DNA of 63,435 nucleotides, filler included, from Pelomyxa schiedti (Eukaryota; Protista; Evosea), in the NCBI GenBank assembly GCA_020536535.1. It is 14 parts of 14 records of this genome, joined end to end, with 100 filler letters (N's around TTAATTAATTAA, not from the genome) between each part and the next. Parts side by side here need not be neighbours in the genome. Positions count along the whole stretch, not along the records: positions 20,015 to 32,568 come from JAHLWZ010001213.1; positions 32,669 to 39,593 come from JAHLWZ010001386.1; 12 more parts are not named here. One strand, written 5' to 3'. The translations under genes were made by a program, and so were the position numbers. The notes beneath the pieces were generated by a model. The model did not search any database. It was not told where the DNA came from and worked only from the letters and a program-made list of their open reading frames with translations. Shown piece by piece: positions 25,296 through 37,669 of the stretch. Numbering within the stretch: the stretch's first letter is position 1; each line of letters starts with the position of its first letter.

Positions 25296-27932
25296 ATGTC
25301 AACCAATGGTTTCGACACCTCAGCGCTGTCTGGTGGCGCAACATACACTGGTCGGGTGGTTGCTGGCAAACGCGACGGCAGGGCCAACTGCAAATGGCCA
25401 GACGGCCACTCGTACGACGGTGTGTGGCTCAATGGAGCCATGAACGGCCGAGGGTTGCTCAAGTGGCCCAATGGTGGCACCTGGGAGGGAGAGTGGCTCA
25501 ACGGCAAGAAGGATGGGTGGGGTGTGGCCCACAGGGCTGATGGCAGGTGGTACGAGGGGCTGTACAGGGACAACCACTGGAAAAGGGGAACGTGGCACGA
25601 CAACAACGGTGTGGATGTGAGGGATGGCGAGTGGGTGTGGAACGCAACCGCAAATGGATATGACATGCAGGGGTGGGGAGTGCAAAGGAGGATGACAACC
25701 AAGGGGGGGTCCACAGTAAAAATGGTGGTCACGGTGTATGAGGGTGAGTGGGACAGTGACAAGTGGCACGGTGTGGGAACGTGGATATCACCTGATGGAT
25801 CGGGTGACATCTACCATGGTCAATTTTATCACGGCATGAAATGTGGAACAGGGAGTATCCTGTTTGGTGGAGGAAACAACAGCAACCCAGAAGGAAGTGG
25901 TGGTGGGAGTTATGTTGGTGAGTGGAAGGATGACGTGTTCCATGGTCGGGGTGTGAGGCTGTGGGCAAACGGTGACAGGTATGATGGCCAGTGGGTGCAG
26001 GGGAAGGAGCATGGTGAAGGAACCAAGACGTGGAGCAGGGATGGATCATCGTTCACTGGGTTGTGGGAGGGTGGTGTTCCAACAAAGGGGACGAGAAGGT
26101 GGCCAAATGGTGACATGTTTGAAGGCACGTTCACACAAAATGGGTGCCGTGGTGGTGAGGGTGTTGCAACACTATCATCACCATCATCGCCATCATCATC
26201 CACTCTGAAGGGCACCCTCAACAACAACCTGTTTCGCGGTGCAAGTCCTCCAGGAGTGCTACATCAAATGGGGTCATCACACTGTCAGCAGATTGAGGTG
26301 TGTGTTATATTTTCAGCTTTCTTTTTTTCCTTAACTTCCACGTTCACTGTTCTGCTCTTTTTTCATTTTGATGGCAAAAACAAAAACAAACAAAACACAG
26401 AAACTGAAAAACGAGGCCGCCAAAGAGAAAAGTGAGCTTGAGGCAAAACTGAAAGAAGAAATGAAAGCAGCCAAAAATGAGTGGGAAGTGAGTGTGACTG
26501 TTGTTTCTCTCTCCAACTGAAACATCTTTCTTTCTTTCTTTTATTTTTTTCTCTTGTTTGCAGCAAATCATTGCAAGAAATAATGAGAAGCACAGTGAGC
26601 AACTCACCAAGTGAAGAAAAAGCTCCAACAACTGCAAGACCAACTTCAAAAAAAGCAGAAAGAAGATGATGATGAAAGGAAGTCAACGAGTCTTGTGACA
26701 ACAACAACAACCCATCCTGAATTGAGGGAAGCCTTTGAATCAGCAAAGTTGCTCCAGTATCAGTTGCTGATTTTGGCACCACAGTTCGTGGTGCTCGAGG
26801 AATCACTGACAAAAGTGAATGACAATCTCCAGAGAATCCAACGAGGAACTGGCATCACACCTGAAGAAACTCACTGAACTGAAAGGAACACTGGTGATGA
26901 AACTCAACGAATCAGATTACGCATGCAAGAAGCTCCTTGGGCAGACACTGACGGTGCAGAACAGCGAGTCTGAGATCCAGGAGTGTGCCAGGAACATCTC
27001 AACACTCACAAAAAAGGTTTTGGGAATCAGGTCGTCTGCCACCTCAACATCATCAACATCAGAAATGGAGACTGTTCCAAAAGAAGAAGGTAAAACAACA
27101 CACTCTTTCTATTGATGTTGATGATTTGACAAACAAAACACAACACACAACACAGAGGGTCATCACAATAACACAGTGGATGACATTCTGCTGAAACCTC
27201 TTCTGACTGTGAATGATCCACAGCCTCATACATTCACACCACCATTCCAGTTGCTGTGCACTCTCTCAGACACACTCGCACAGCTCCAGAGGTGCCAGTT
27301 TGACGAGTGCACAAAGTTGGCTGACAAGCACACAGTGCTGTCAAAGGAGCTGTCTGAGCAGGTTTCAATTGGAGGCACACTCCAAAAGGCGATCGAGGAC
27401 ATACAGAGGGAATGTTCAGAGCTTCAGAGGGAACACAAAGGAAAGTGGAGGCTCAAGCGAGGGTTGGAGGGTGATGAGAAGTTCATTGGGATGCCTTGTG
27501 TGTGGTCAATTCTCTCTGAGTTGCTCCCTCAGGCTCAACAAGCCATCGTGGATCTCATGGTTTCCAAGGCAATGTTAACATCATCATCTTGTGGTGGTAG
27601 CCAGCAACAACCAAGGTCATCAATGACAACAGCAGGAGGAACAACTCTTCCAGGCTGCACTGCCACATCACCAGTGTCACCAGCCGCCTCACTTTCCTCA
27701 GTTCCAAACCACAGTGACGTTTGCATGGAGTGTGATGAGAGGCCACCCGACGTGCAGTTGCAGCCTTGTGGCCACGTTGTCCTGTGCTCCCAGGTTTGCT
27801 CTGTTTGTTTGTATCTGTAGTTTTACCCCACAACAACCACACAACACACAAACAACACAAATGCAGTGTGCAGCAGTCATGAAGAAGTGCCCTCATTGCC
27901 GCTCCCTCATCAAGGACAAAATGCATTTGTAG
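25296..27932 (+). CDS. MORN-repeat / coiled-coil / C3HC4 RING protein (putative E3 ligase)
   Basis: About 11 MORN repeats (YxGxWxxGxxxGxG) in an intronless first exon, then coiled-coil exons and RING CMECDERPPDVQLQPCGHVVLCSQ|CAAVMKKCPHC. Stop at 27932. Confidence 0.88.
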
Positions 27933-28499
27933 TGGCCAGTGAACGGTGAAAGACAACAAAAATAAATGACATTGGTAGTGACCGTTGGGTTACGTCAAGC
28001 AACCGACTAAAAACGACTGGGGACTGGGTGTGACGATACTATCCGTTTTTTATGCGACGTTTTCGGCATCGGTGGTGTTCCGTTCGCGATGTCAGTGACT
28101 CTCTTGTCTTGACAAAAAACAATGTTAACTTTTATGTACATGAATCAATATAAGTACGATTTCACCTTGTTTTTTTTTCGCTTTTTTGAGTTCTAACACT
28201 TGATACCAGGTTGGTGTAGACTGCAAGACAATCTGGCTTGGTGCCAGGTCAGAACATTCTGTTGTTCGGTATCGGTTTTTTTTTCCCAATGTTTTCTTTG
28301 TTTGTTTTTAATTTTATTGTGTTTTCTTTGTTGTTGTTTCTCGGTTTTGTTTTGCTTTTGTTTTGTTTTCGAACTGCTGAGGCAACGATTCAATCAGTTC
28401 TTTTTGTTTTGTTTGGTTTTCGTGTTCAAGTTTGTTTTATTTCGTTTTTGTTTAGCTTAGTCTTCTTTCTGAAGACTTTTTGTTCTTGTTCTCACAACA

Positions 28500-29220
28500 A
28501 CACAGGTCATTGAAGATTCCATGACGAGGAGAAGGGGCACAGCCTGTCACCATGGGTTAATCCCCCTCTCCCTTTTCATCGTCACCCCAAACTTAAACAT
28601 AATAGGTATCCCTTACTGATGCCACTCAGGGGACAGCTCTGCTCCGCTTTTCCTCAGGTTTTCGCCTTTTCATTGTCCCACCCCCAGTATGGCCTCACCT
28701 CCAATCCCAGATTTTTTCTTTCCCGCATTTGTGACTCCTCCTTTTTTCTTTTTTGATTTCTGTGACATCCAAGCAAGGCATTCTTGAACTGCAGGTATTT
28801 CTCTGTTTTTCTTTTTCGATTTCTCACACTTGAGACTAGGTGTAGCAGCAACTTGCCGGCTGCTGAGATGAAAGCCTGTCATCACCAAGAAGGTAAATCC
28901 CCCTCTCTTTGTATGATCACCCCCACTAAACCATGACAGGTAAATGCGAAGACTGTCCCTGCCCTTTTCTGCATTTCTGGCACTTTGTGACCTCCTTCTG
29001 GCTGGTGGCTTCTTCTTCTTCTTTTTTTTTCACTTTTTCTCCAAGATATTATTTAGGTGTTGGCCGACCTGCCTCCTCAATCTATGACCAAGGTACATTC
29101 CCTTTTTAACATCACCCCACTCAACGACAACAGGACCCTGGATGCCAGAAGGGCTGACGAACAGAGTGCAATGTCAGGCTTTGCTTCCGCCTCCACCCAA
29201 TTCACCTCGGCACTACCACC
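28500..29220 (+). repeat. Dispersed non-coding repeat, + copy upstream of the third MORN-RING gene
   Basis: 28735-28850 matches 23280-23400. 29040-29220 is the near reverse complement of 38750-38930. Confidence 0.75.
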
Positions 29221-29426
29221 CCTTGCTCTCGCTCTCTCTCTCTCTCTCTCGCTCACTTGCTCTCTCTCACTCTCACCCTCGCTTTTTCAGATTTGGAGAC
29301 CACCCTTTGGGAACAGCTTGGAACCCACTCTGAAATCACAGTGTTTGGGCAGACACTGACAGTGGAGAGCAATGATCATCACCTAACGATTCTGCCATCA
29401 CCAAAAAAATATTTTGTTTTTCCTGG

Positions 29427-31994
29427 ATGTCATTAGGGGTGCGTACCGTACTCGTTCACAACGCAAAGCAGACTGACGTCGATGGTGTGTACACAGGGCG
29501 TCTCGTCAACAACAAGCGAGACGGCAGGGGCAAGCTCACCTGGATCGACGAGGACGGCCAGCACGCCTACGACGGCCACTGGTGTGACGGCAAGATGCAC
29601 GGGCGGGGCCAGCGCACGTGGCCAGACGGCGGCGCATACGACGGCGAGTGGCAGAACGGGTGCGAGGACGGGTGGGGCGCGAGGCACCACCCCGACGGCG
29701 GGCGGTACGAGGGACTGTGGCGCCGCGGGCGCTGGGCCAGGGGGGCGTGGCACGACCAAAACGGCGTCGACGTGAAGGAGGGCGAGTGGGTGTGGGACGA
29801 CGCTGGAAAGACCTTCAAGCAGCAAGGATGGGGACTGTGGAGGAAGAAGATGGTCAAGGGTGATGATGATGGGAGGAGGAAGGCTGCCCAAGGTGCCACT
29901 ACTACTGCCACAACAGAGGTGACGGTGTACGATGGCGAGTGGAACAACGACCAGAGGCACGGGAACGGAATGTGGAGGTCACCAGACACGGGCACCATTT
30001 ACTGCGGTGAGTGGGACCATGATGAGATTAGCGGAACAGGGAGGATGCTCATTGGTGACCACAGCACACGCCACAACGACCCAGGAGGGAGCTACGTGGG
30101 TGGCATGAAGGATGGAGAGTTTCATGGGGAGGGTGTGAGGGTGTGGTCAAACGGTGACAGGTATCAGGGAAACTGGGAGAATGACAAGGAGCACGGGAAC
30201 GGGACGAAGAGGTGGGCCAGGGATGGGTCATCATTCACTGGTGTGTGGGAGAGGGGTACACCAGTCAATGGCACAATGGAGTGGCCAAACGGTGACATGT
30301 TCACTGGCACATTCACAGAAGAAGTTGCTGAACAACAACGTGGGGGTGAAATGAGGAGATACAGTGGCGAGGGTGACCTGTCACTCTCCTTGCAGTCCAC
30401 AGACAGACTTTTGGCTGGGGGTGAAAGTAACAAATTGAAGGGGAGTTTGAGAGGCAACACATTCCACGGAGCTGATGGTGTTGCTTTGCATGTGATGGGA
30501 TCATCACTGCTGCAGTGGGGCCACAGCCAACTCATCAAGGTGCTTTTGCTCCTCTCACAAACATAGCAAACAACTAAAAGAAAAAACACAGAAACTGAAA
30601 GATGAACACAACAGAGAGAGGGAAATGGAAAGGAATCAATGGAATACTGAAAGAACGCAACTTGAGAATCTGTTGAAAATGGCAGAAAATAAAATCAAAG
30701 CATGTTTGTAAATATTTGTCGCACCATCTTGTTTCACTCTGACAACAACAAAACAGGAACTCCACACCAAGCAAATTGAAGAGGAAGAAGGTGACAGTTT
30801 GCTTGCAGTTCACAGTGCACTTACTGAAACGCCCCAACAGCAAGGTCCATCAGAGGCACTGTCAGAGTTGTCCACAGCCTTCAAGATGGCGACCAAGTAT
30901 CGATCACAGTTGAAAAAAGCAGCTCCTCTGTTGGTCTCACTTGAGGAATCACTTTCTGGGCTGAAGCAGCTCCTTGAAAGTTCCACAGAAAGGAACCAAG
31001 CACTTAAAGTTCACGTGAGAGACCTGTCAAATCTGAAGGAGGCACTTGAAAAGGCAGTCAAAGAGTCAGATAAGAGGTGTCAGGATATCCTTGGGAAAAA
31101 ATTGACAGTGGAGAGCAGTGAGTCAGAGATACAGCAATGCTCGAGGAACATCTCATCATTGATGAAGAAACTTCTTGGAATAAAGCCATCTTCATCAGCC
31201 AACAATGAAGAAGAACAACGAGGAGCAATAGCCATTCCTTCCCAAGGTAAACATCACGTGCCCGATTTTTCTGTACATACCTTACACAGACATAAACAAC
31301 GTGATGACTCTCAAACCTTGGTCGCTTCTGAAATCTCTGGAACCTCCTCCACACTCCTCCCCCACTGCCCTCTCTTTGATGTTGAGGGAGATCACTGACA
31401 CAGTGTTGCCGACACAAGGAGCGTGCAACAGCTTTGCCAGATGCCTCAATGTCGTTGATCAGCACACAGTGTTACACAAGGAGTGCAACAACCAGGCAGC
31501 ACTGGGTCAGAGGCTCCACGAGGAAATACAGGAACTCCTCAACTCTTGCCAGGGGCTCAACGAGTCGTACTCACTCAAGTACATGGTAATGCGGGCACTT
31601 GAGGGTGATGAGAAGTTCATGACACACCCTGACGTGTGGTCTCAGCTCTCTGAGTTGCTCCCTCGTGCTCAACAGTCAGTAGTGGATGTCACATTGGCCA
31701 AGTGCACAGCATCATCAACACGTGGCATAAGTGCAACAACAACTACAATGCCGACAAAGCCAGCGCGCACTGTCTCTGTTTTTCCATCCAGCCATGTTTT
31801 GTGTGTGGTATGTGAGGAGAGGGCACAGGACACACAGTTTCAGCCTTGTGGCGACTGTGTCTGCTGTTCTGAGGTATTGCCAAAACAACAAGAAAAACTC
31901 TCTCACACATGTACAGTGTGCAGGAATTGTGAAGAGGTGCCCACATTGCCGTTCTCCAATCCAGAACAGAATCAACATCTGTTCTTCTTCGTGA
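29427..31994 (+). CDS. MORN-repeat / coiled-coil / RING protein (variant RING, His to Asp)
   Basis: 379-aa MORN-rich first ORF. The coiled-coil region is paralogous to 20907-22091. RING is CVVCEERAQDTQFQPCGDCVCCSE|CAGIVKRCPHC, stop at 31994. Confidence 0.87.
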
Positions 31995-32102
31995 TTCGCC
32001 ACCAAACAACTTTTTGATCAGCGTTGTCTTCTCGGAAAGCCACAGTTGGTTCTTTTGTGGTTTTTTTATTTTGTTGAGGAGCTGGCGCAACTCGTAGGTG
32101 CA

Positions 32103-32568
32103 ATGAGCACCACAACCATCGAAATATACAAGGCAAAAGCCAAGATGAAACCCACCAAGGTCGTCTCGGAATTCGTATTCAACCAAGAACAAAGCGACGG
32201 TCGCGGCGTGTACTCAGGCAGGCTCCTCAACAAAAAACGCGACGGCGAAGGAATTCTCCTATGGAGAGCAGCACCCACTCAACTCAATCGTCATCAGCCG
32301 CCACCATCATCATCAGCAACAAAGGCAACAAATGCCCCACACCCAGGTGTCGTTCTAGGAAATGGCTACGACACAGCGTATCCCCTCCCACAAGTGCCAG
32401 AGAGGCCGCAAGGCGAGTTCAGTTACGAAGGCGAGTGGCGCGACGGGGAGATGCACGGGAGCGGCGTGTACAAGTGGCCCGACGGGACCACGTACGTCGG
32501 CCACTGGAGGAACGGGAAGCGGCACGGCGAGGGCGTGTGGCACTGCACCGACGGCGGCTGGTTCTCGG
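32103..32568 (+). CDS. MORN-repeat protein, 5' fragment
   Basis: VYSGRLLNKKRDGEG, YEGEWRDGEMHGSG, YVGHWRNGKRHGEG. Cut by a linker. Confidence 0.82.
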
Positions 32569-32668
32569 NNNNNNNNNNNNNNNNNNNNNNNNNNNNNNNN
32601 NNNNNNNNNNNNTTAATTAATTAANNNNNNNNNNNNNNNNNNNNNNNNNNNNNNNNNNNNNNNNNNNN

Positions 32669-32860
32669 TTGTCCGAGAATCCATTTGAACATCGCAGCCT
32701 TTTAACCCAATCGCACAACCGCTCTGCGAGATTTTACACACTCCCTTTTTATCCCCTTACAACAACGACCAAACAAACAAGAGAACCCTCTTTATTCTCT
32801 TCACTCTCACTCGTTTTCTTCCTCTGTGGGACTTATTCTCGAGCCCACAGAAGCTAACAC
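32669..32860 (+). repeat. About 190-bp repeat, inverted partner of 38925-39106
   Basis: Both read TGTCCGAGAATCCATTTGAACATCGC...TGTGGGACTTATTCTCGA...CCCACAGAAGCTAACA on opposite strands. Confidence 0.85.
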
Positions 32861-33421
32861 CAGCAGCTGATACCACAACGTCGAGTGTCACTCGTGCTGT
32901 TGGTCTTGTTAGTGTTTCCTCCTTGCTTGGCGTTCCTCCCATAGTTTTTCCGAGAAGTCTCTGGTCCTGACAGGAGTTTTCTTCCACACCAATGGTTCAT
33001 CAGCATCATGATGATGAGGAACGTCTGATGAAAGTGACGTCAGACGTTCCTTTCGAACGAAGGGAGGGGGTGATACCCTCTTTTTTTTTCCCTGGCCCAA
33101 AGTCGAAAATGGCCTTCAGGCCAGGGAACACCATGGAGAAGTGGAGAGTGAGTGTGGGTTGGAAATGCGGCAGAGTGGGGGTGATAATAATAAAAAGAAA
33201 ATGTACCGTGATGATAGCTTGATTAAAAGTAGGTCCGCATGTGAGACCACAGGGAAAAAGAAAAAAAAAAAAGAAAAAAACAACATAATGTTCGCAAAGT
33301 ACCGTGGTACTTTTTAAAAAGGTCCGGGTCAGTATTGTGGTACTTAAGTACCTGTCGTGATTGAGCTTGTGACGCCATATATAAGAGAAGGGGATTTACC
33401 TTGGTGATCACATCTGTCATC

Positions 33422-35650
33422 TCAGCCGTCGAGTCCGAAACGTTCATCACATGGTAGAAAAGCGTTAGAACTCAAAAAAGCGAAAAAAAACAAGGTGAAA
33501 TCGTACTTATATTGATTCATGTACATGAAAGTTAAACGGTTTTTGTCAAGACAAGAAAAAACAACATATATATTGGCATCCTCAAAGGCTTCCTGTGTAA
33601 CCATAAGGAGTAAGTAGCTTCGGCTTTGGAGATATTATCTGGGGAGAAATTAGTTCTTGAAACCAAAAAGAGGGAACCTGTTATCGAATAAGTCCACATT
33701 AGTAATATAACCTCCCTCTTTGTAATTGAGCTTCCCTGGAGTTCCGGGAACTGGGTCATAAAATAGATCGACAGGATACCGTGATGCCATCAATTGCATT
33801 AGGTTCCAATAGTCTTCTTTGCCAGGAGCACCAGGAAAGCGGCAACTCATACCAACAATTGTTGTGGGTTCTGTTTCATATAAGTTTTGAAAGGGAAAGG
33901 CAGTGCCTACACAACAAGGGCTATTACACTTGCTGAGGTGTAAAAAACGGTGCTTGTAGATCAACGTCTCCTCCCCCAAGTTTTATGGAAACGCGTCTCA
34001 CTAACCATTCTGCTATCTCAAGTGCCCTGGGACTGAGTTGTGTAACCTGTGACAAGGTAAAAAGCCTTGAAAGGAATACCAAGAAACAACCTGAGGTGAC
34101 TGGTGCGTGGTGGCCAGCTGGGTTGGCAGAAGTGGAGATCCTGAGAAGGGGAGGTTGCAGTATGAGGAAGGGGAACTTGGCCTCCTGCAAGCGATGAAGG
34201 GGTAGGAGCCAGAGTGGCTGATATAGGAGGGGTTCTGTTCCATTGAACAATTACCTCGAATATTCTGTGATCTTCCAAACACATTTGGCGTTGAATTTTT
34301 CCTGTTGTGCGCCGTAAAACACCTTGCTTGACTAAGAGAATACTTTCTATCTGTAAAAGAGCTAAGGATACAGTGAAAATCCTGAGGAAAAACCTGCAGG
34401 TTTAGGTCCTCTATCACTTTATGCGCTATTTCAGCCAATCCTGGAATGGCCATTTCAGGGGAAGAAAACTCAGGGGAAGCTTCAGCAACAACAGTATTCT
34501 TTCCATCCTCCTCTACAACAAATGCAGCAGAATCGGCTATCCCACTGAAAGAGTTGACCACTGCTTCCATATCCTTTTTTTTTTTTTATCATATCGAAAA
34601 GAAAAAACCTAAGCGGTTACCTCAGGGAAGAAATATCTTCCAAACAGATTACATCGCAAAGGCGGCCAAGTACAAATAACTTGTCATCATGGATGAAGCC
34701 AGCATCCCCTAAGATCCGTTAGGTTGTTACAAGGAAAACACCACAACAACACACACCAGTAGAAAGAGAGCGCTCTTCAAAAACAATGCACACAGAAGTG
34801 GCAGGAGGGGTTGGTGTGCCACAGCTCACAACTGAGCGTATCAGGACCAAAACAGAAAGCAACATCAACTTCAAGTTTTTGTAAGGCAGAGTGGCGCACA
34901 TAAACAACGCAAGGTGGGGTGTCTGAAATTGTGTGAAAAAAGGTTAACAGACGTTCACACAGTACATTTGATGCATTGAGACCAAGATGCATTGAGACCA
35001 AGAAAGTAGCCTCTGCAATTATATACATAGGGAGAAGAACATTTCGCTTAAGATGACAAACAGAAAAACTTTGTCGGTATTTCTCAAGAAGAGCTGCACT
35101 AACGGAGTCGCCAGCTGGAGGAAAAGAGGATGGGACTTAGAAGAATAAAAGAAGGAGTATCTTCCCACTGATTATTGCTGTTGATAGTGATGACAAATCA
35201 ATGTCTTCCAATTAACTTGGGAGAAGAGTTGAGGCTAACTGATAGGCAAATGGTGGAGCTATAGTAATATTCGCTTTAATTTCAGAAATCAACACAAGCC
35301 ACCTGGTAAAAACATCAGATCAGCAAAATTATGAAGATTCCCTAACCTCAGAGGGTTGGCCAAGAATGAGACATTACGTATGATGCACATCCTCCACACA
35401 GAGGCATAACCACCAGAGACAACAGTGCCATGCTTGAAGTAAAAGGTAACCACGCAAAAGTTTTGGCTGCTCTTCTGTAGCAGGAGTGGTATGAAGAAGT
35501 AGTCGGTTGCATACAACCCAGGAATTGTTAACATGCCTCATATCTAACAACAACTGGGCGAGGAAGCCCACATGTTCCTGAAGTGAACTGAACATATGCC
35601 TGGAGATTCCTAGAAATACAATTGATAAAGAATAAATGGGTGGTTGAAGA
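33422..35650 (-). pseudogene. Decayed fatty acyl-AMP ligase-ACP-ketosynthase (type I PKS loading module plus KS start), intron-containing; may extend to about 36240
   Basis: Adenylation motifs AYVQFTSGTCGLPRPVVV, AWLPFTSSMALL, SFLANPLR, IAPPFAYQL, IAEATFLVS, VVSCGTP, GDAGFIHDDKLFVLGRLCD. ACP helix 1 EIAEWLVRRVSIKLG..DLQAPF. KS start IVGMSCRFPGA, FYDPVPGTPGK, GGYITNVDLFD, ISKAEA, VTQEAFEDA. Contains an in-frame TAA, frameshifts and missing GLDS and DPQQR motifs. Confidence 0.82.
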
Positions 35651-36247
35651 ACCTTGGACAACTGTGGGGGAACCCATTCCCCAAGGACTGATTCTTGGAG
35701 ATTTTCGGTGCTCAAAATTGAGTGCACTAAGAGGTATGCATGGTAGCAAGCTGTGGCATTACAGCACAAATTTCTCTTGTGGTTAAAACCACTTGGAAGC
35801 AAGAAAAATAGAAATATGTCAGTACAACAAACTAAAGTACCACTACAAGCAAATCAAAGCAAAACAAACATAAAAATTGACTTTGGTGTTTTGTTATCTG
35901 CTCAGGAAAAACAAAAAAGTAAGCGAAACGAAACCGAACGGCTTGGCTCAACACGCTCTTGTCCGTCAAGGAGACGGCCCCGCCGCCACGGCTGCGGCTC
36001 CCGCCCCCTCCTTGTTGTTACTATTATCCCTCCTTGACATCCATGGGCGCGGAGGAGGAGTACACAAGGGTGATGGGGGAAGGGAAGGTATGCACGAGTA
36101 ACGTTGGGCGTGAGAGCAGCACGGAGCGTGAGCACATCGGCGAGGTATGAACGAAGATGGACGTCGCATCGTAGGTGAAGTCGGCGTCGTGCTCATTCTG
36201 GGTCCACGTAAAAATCTGCGTGTAGATTCGGTGTATTTTGTTCCGGA

Positions 36248-37293
36248 ATGTCGAAGTGGCCACACTCGGTGCTGAAGACCGCAGAGGGCGAGTACGAGGG
36301 GGACCTCAAGGGCACGAAGAGACATGGCACGGGCACGATGCTTTACCCTCATCGATCTTCGTACGCGGGCGAGTGGGCCAACGATAAACGGCACGGACAT
36401 GGTATATTCCGGCACGAAGATACGACGTACGAGGGTGCATGGGTAAATGGCATGAAGGAGGGAAATGGTACGATGAAGTGGCGGGACGGGGCAACATATA
36501 CCGGCGACTGGCACCGAGATCAACGCCACGGTCAAGGGGTTATGCAGGTGGGCCTAGAAAAGAAATCTGGCATGCCCAGGGATTTCGACAGCATTTATGT
36601 CTATGATGGAGAGTGGCACCACGACAAGAAACACGGCAAGGGAACCAGAAAGTACAACAGGGGGAAACCTACGTTGGATCGTGGAAAAATGGCAAACCCC
36701 ATGGGCATGGAGTCCTGACCTACCCCAATGGCCAAGGCTACGATGGAAATTGGATCGCAGGAAGGATGGAAGGGAGGGGTACAAAGAAAGATGAAGACTA
36801 TGTGTACACTGGGAACTTTCAGGATAACATGTACGCAGGAAAAGGAAAGCTGATATACAACAGCAGAGTCATCTACGACGGGGAATGGGCTGATGGAGAA
36901 ATTACCGGCCAGGGGAGTATGACGGAGCCAAATAGGGGCGTTTTCAAGGGATATTTCTTCAAAGGCAAGCGAGAAGGGCCTGGTGTCTGGACCTACAACA
37001 ACACGCTGGGGAACTACATGAACTACATCAATTTCACCTGCAATTACGAGGGGGGGCAGAGGCAGGGCCTTGGGAAGTTCACTCTGAAAGGAGGCCACGA
37101 GCTCATGTGCCATTGGGTCAGAGGCTTTCCAGATCCAAGCAGGCCAAATGCAGTTCTGAGGGAGGACGATGTGATCACTTACTGTCCATGGAAACTTGGA
37201 ATCAATGAATTTCCTATGTTTAATGGAAAGGGAGTATCAATAACGGTGAGTACTGGTCAGGTAAAAAAGTTCAGCTATGTGAATGGAGTGTGA
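36248..37293 (+). CDS. MORN-repeat protein with a 1-nt frameshift in a G run at about 36660
   Basis: ORFs 36248-36718 and 36613-37293 are both MORN arrays. One extra G in CAGGGGGAAACC joins them as KYNRGETYVGSW. Confidence 0.8.
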
Positions 37294-37669
37294 CAGGAAC
37301 GACCAAAACCTGGGCATCCCCGGGACAACACATTCTGAGGTGTGCTTGTGAAAACACTATTATAGTGCTCACAAGGCGCTCACAGAGTCCCAGATGTCAA
37401 GAGAGTTGAACAAAAGGCAAGTAACACTGCAAGCTCAGGTCACTGGTAAGCCCCAATGAATGTTTTTAATATCAAACCCCACTCAGCTGCTCAGAAGGAG
37501 CTGCAACAGGTCAGGACTGAACTACAGATATGCATCTGTGGTAAGTGTTTATTGAGTTATTCCTCAAATTTATGCTTGCCAGAAAAAGAGACCTTGATGG
37601 GCCAACTGCACAAGCTTGAGGAGACTACTAAATGTATTTAGCCCAATCACTTCCTTTTTTGGCTCCAAA

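Noticed and set aside
32757-32942. N-myristoylated protein start MGGTPSKEE on the minus strand
   Set aside because: It is a short frame running into a repeat and the contig edge, with no domain evidence.
36024-36263. FAAL N-terminus overlapping the MORN start codon (overlapping head-to-head genes)
   Set aside because: FTWTQNEHDADFTYD is only suggestive, and the frame starts at GTG with no ATG, so the overlap is not established.
36655-36668. Programmed ribosomal frameshift in the MORN gene
   Set aside because: There is no slippery heptamer or evident downstream structure. A homopolymer error or ordinary decay is simpler.
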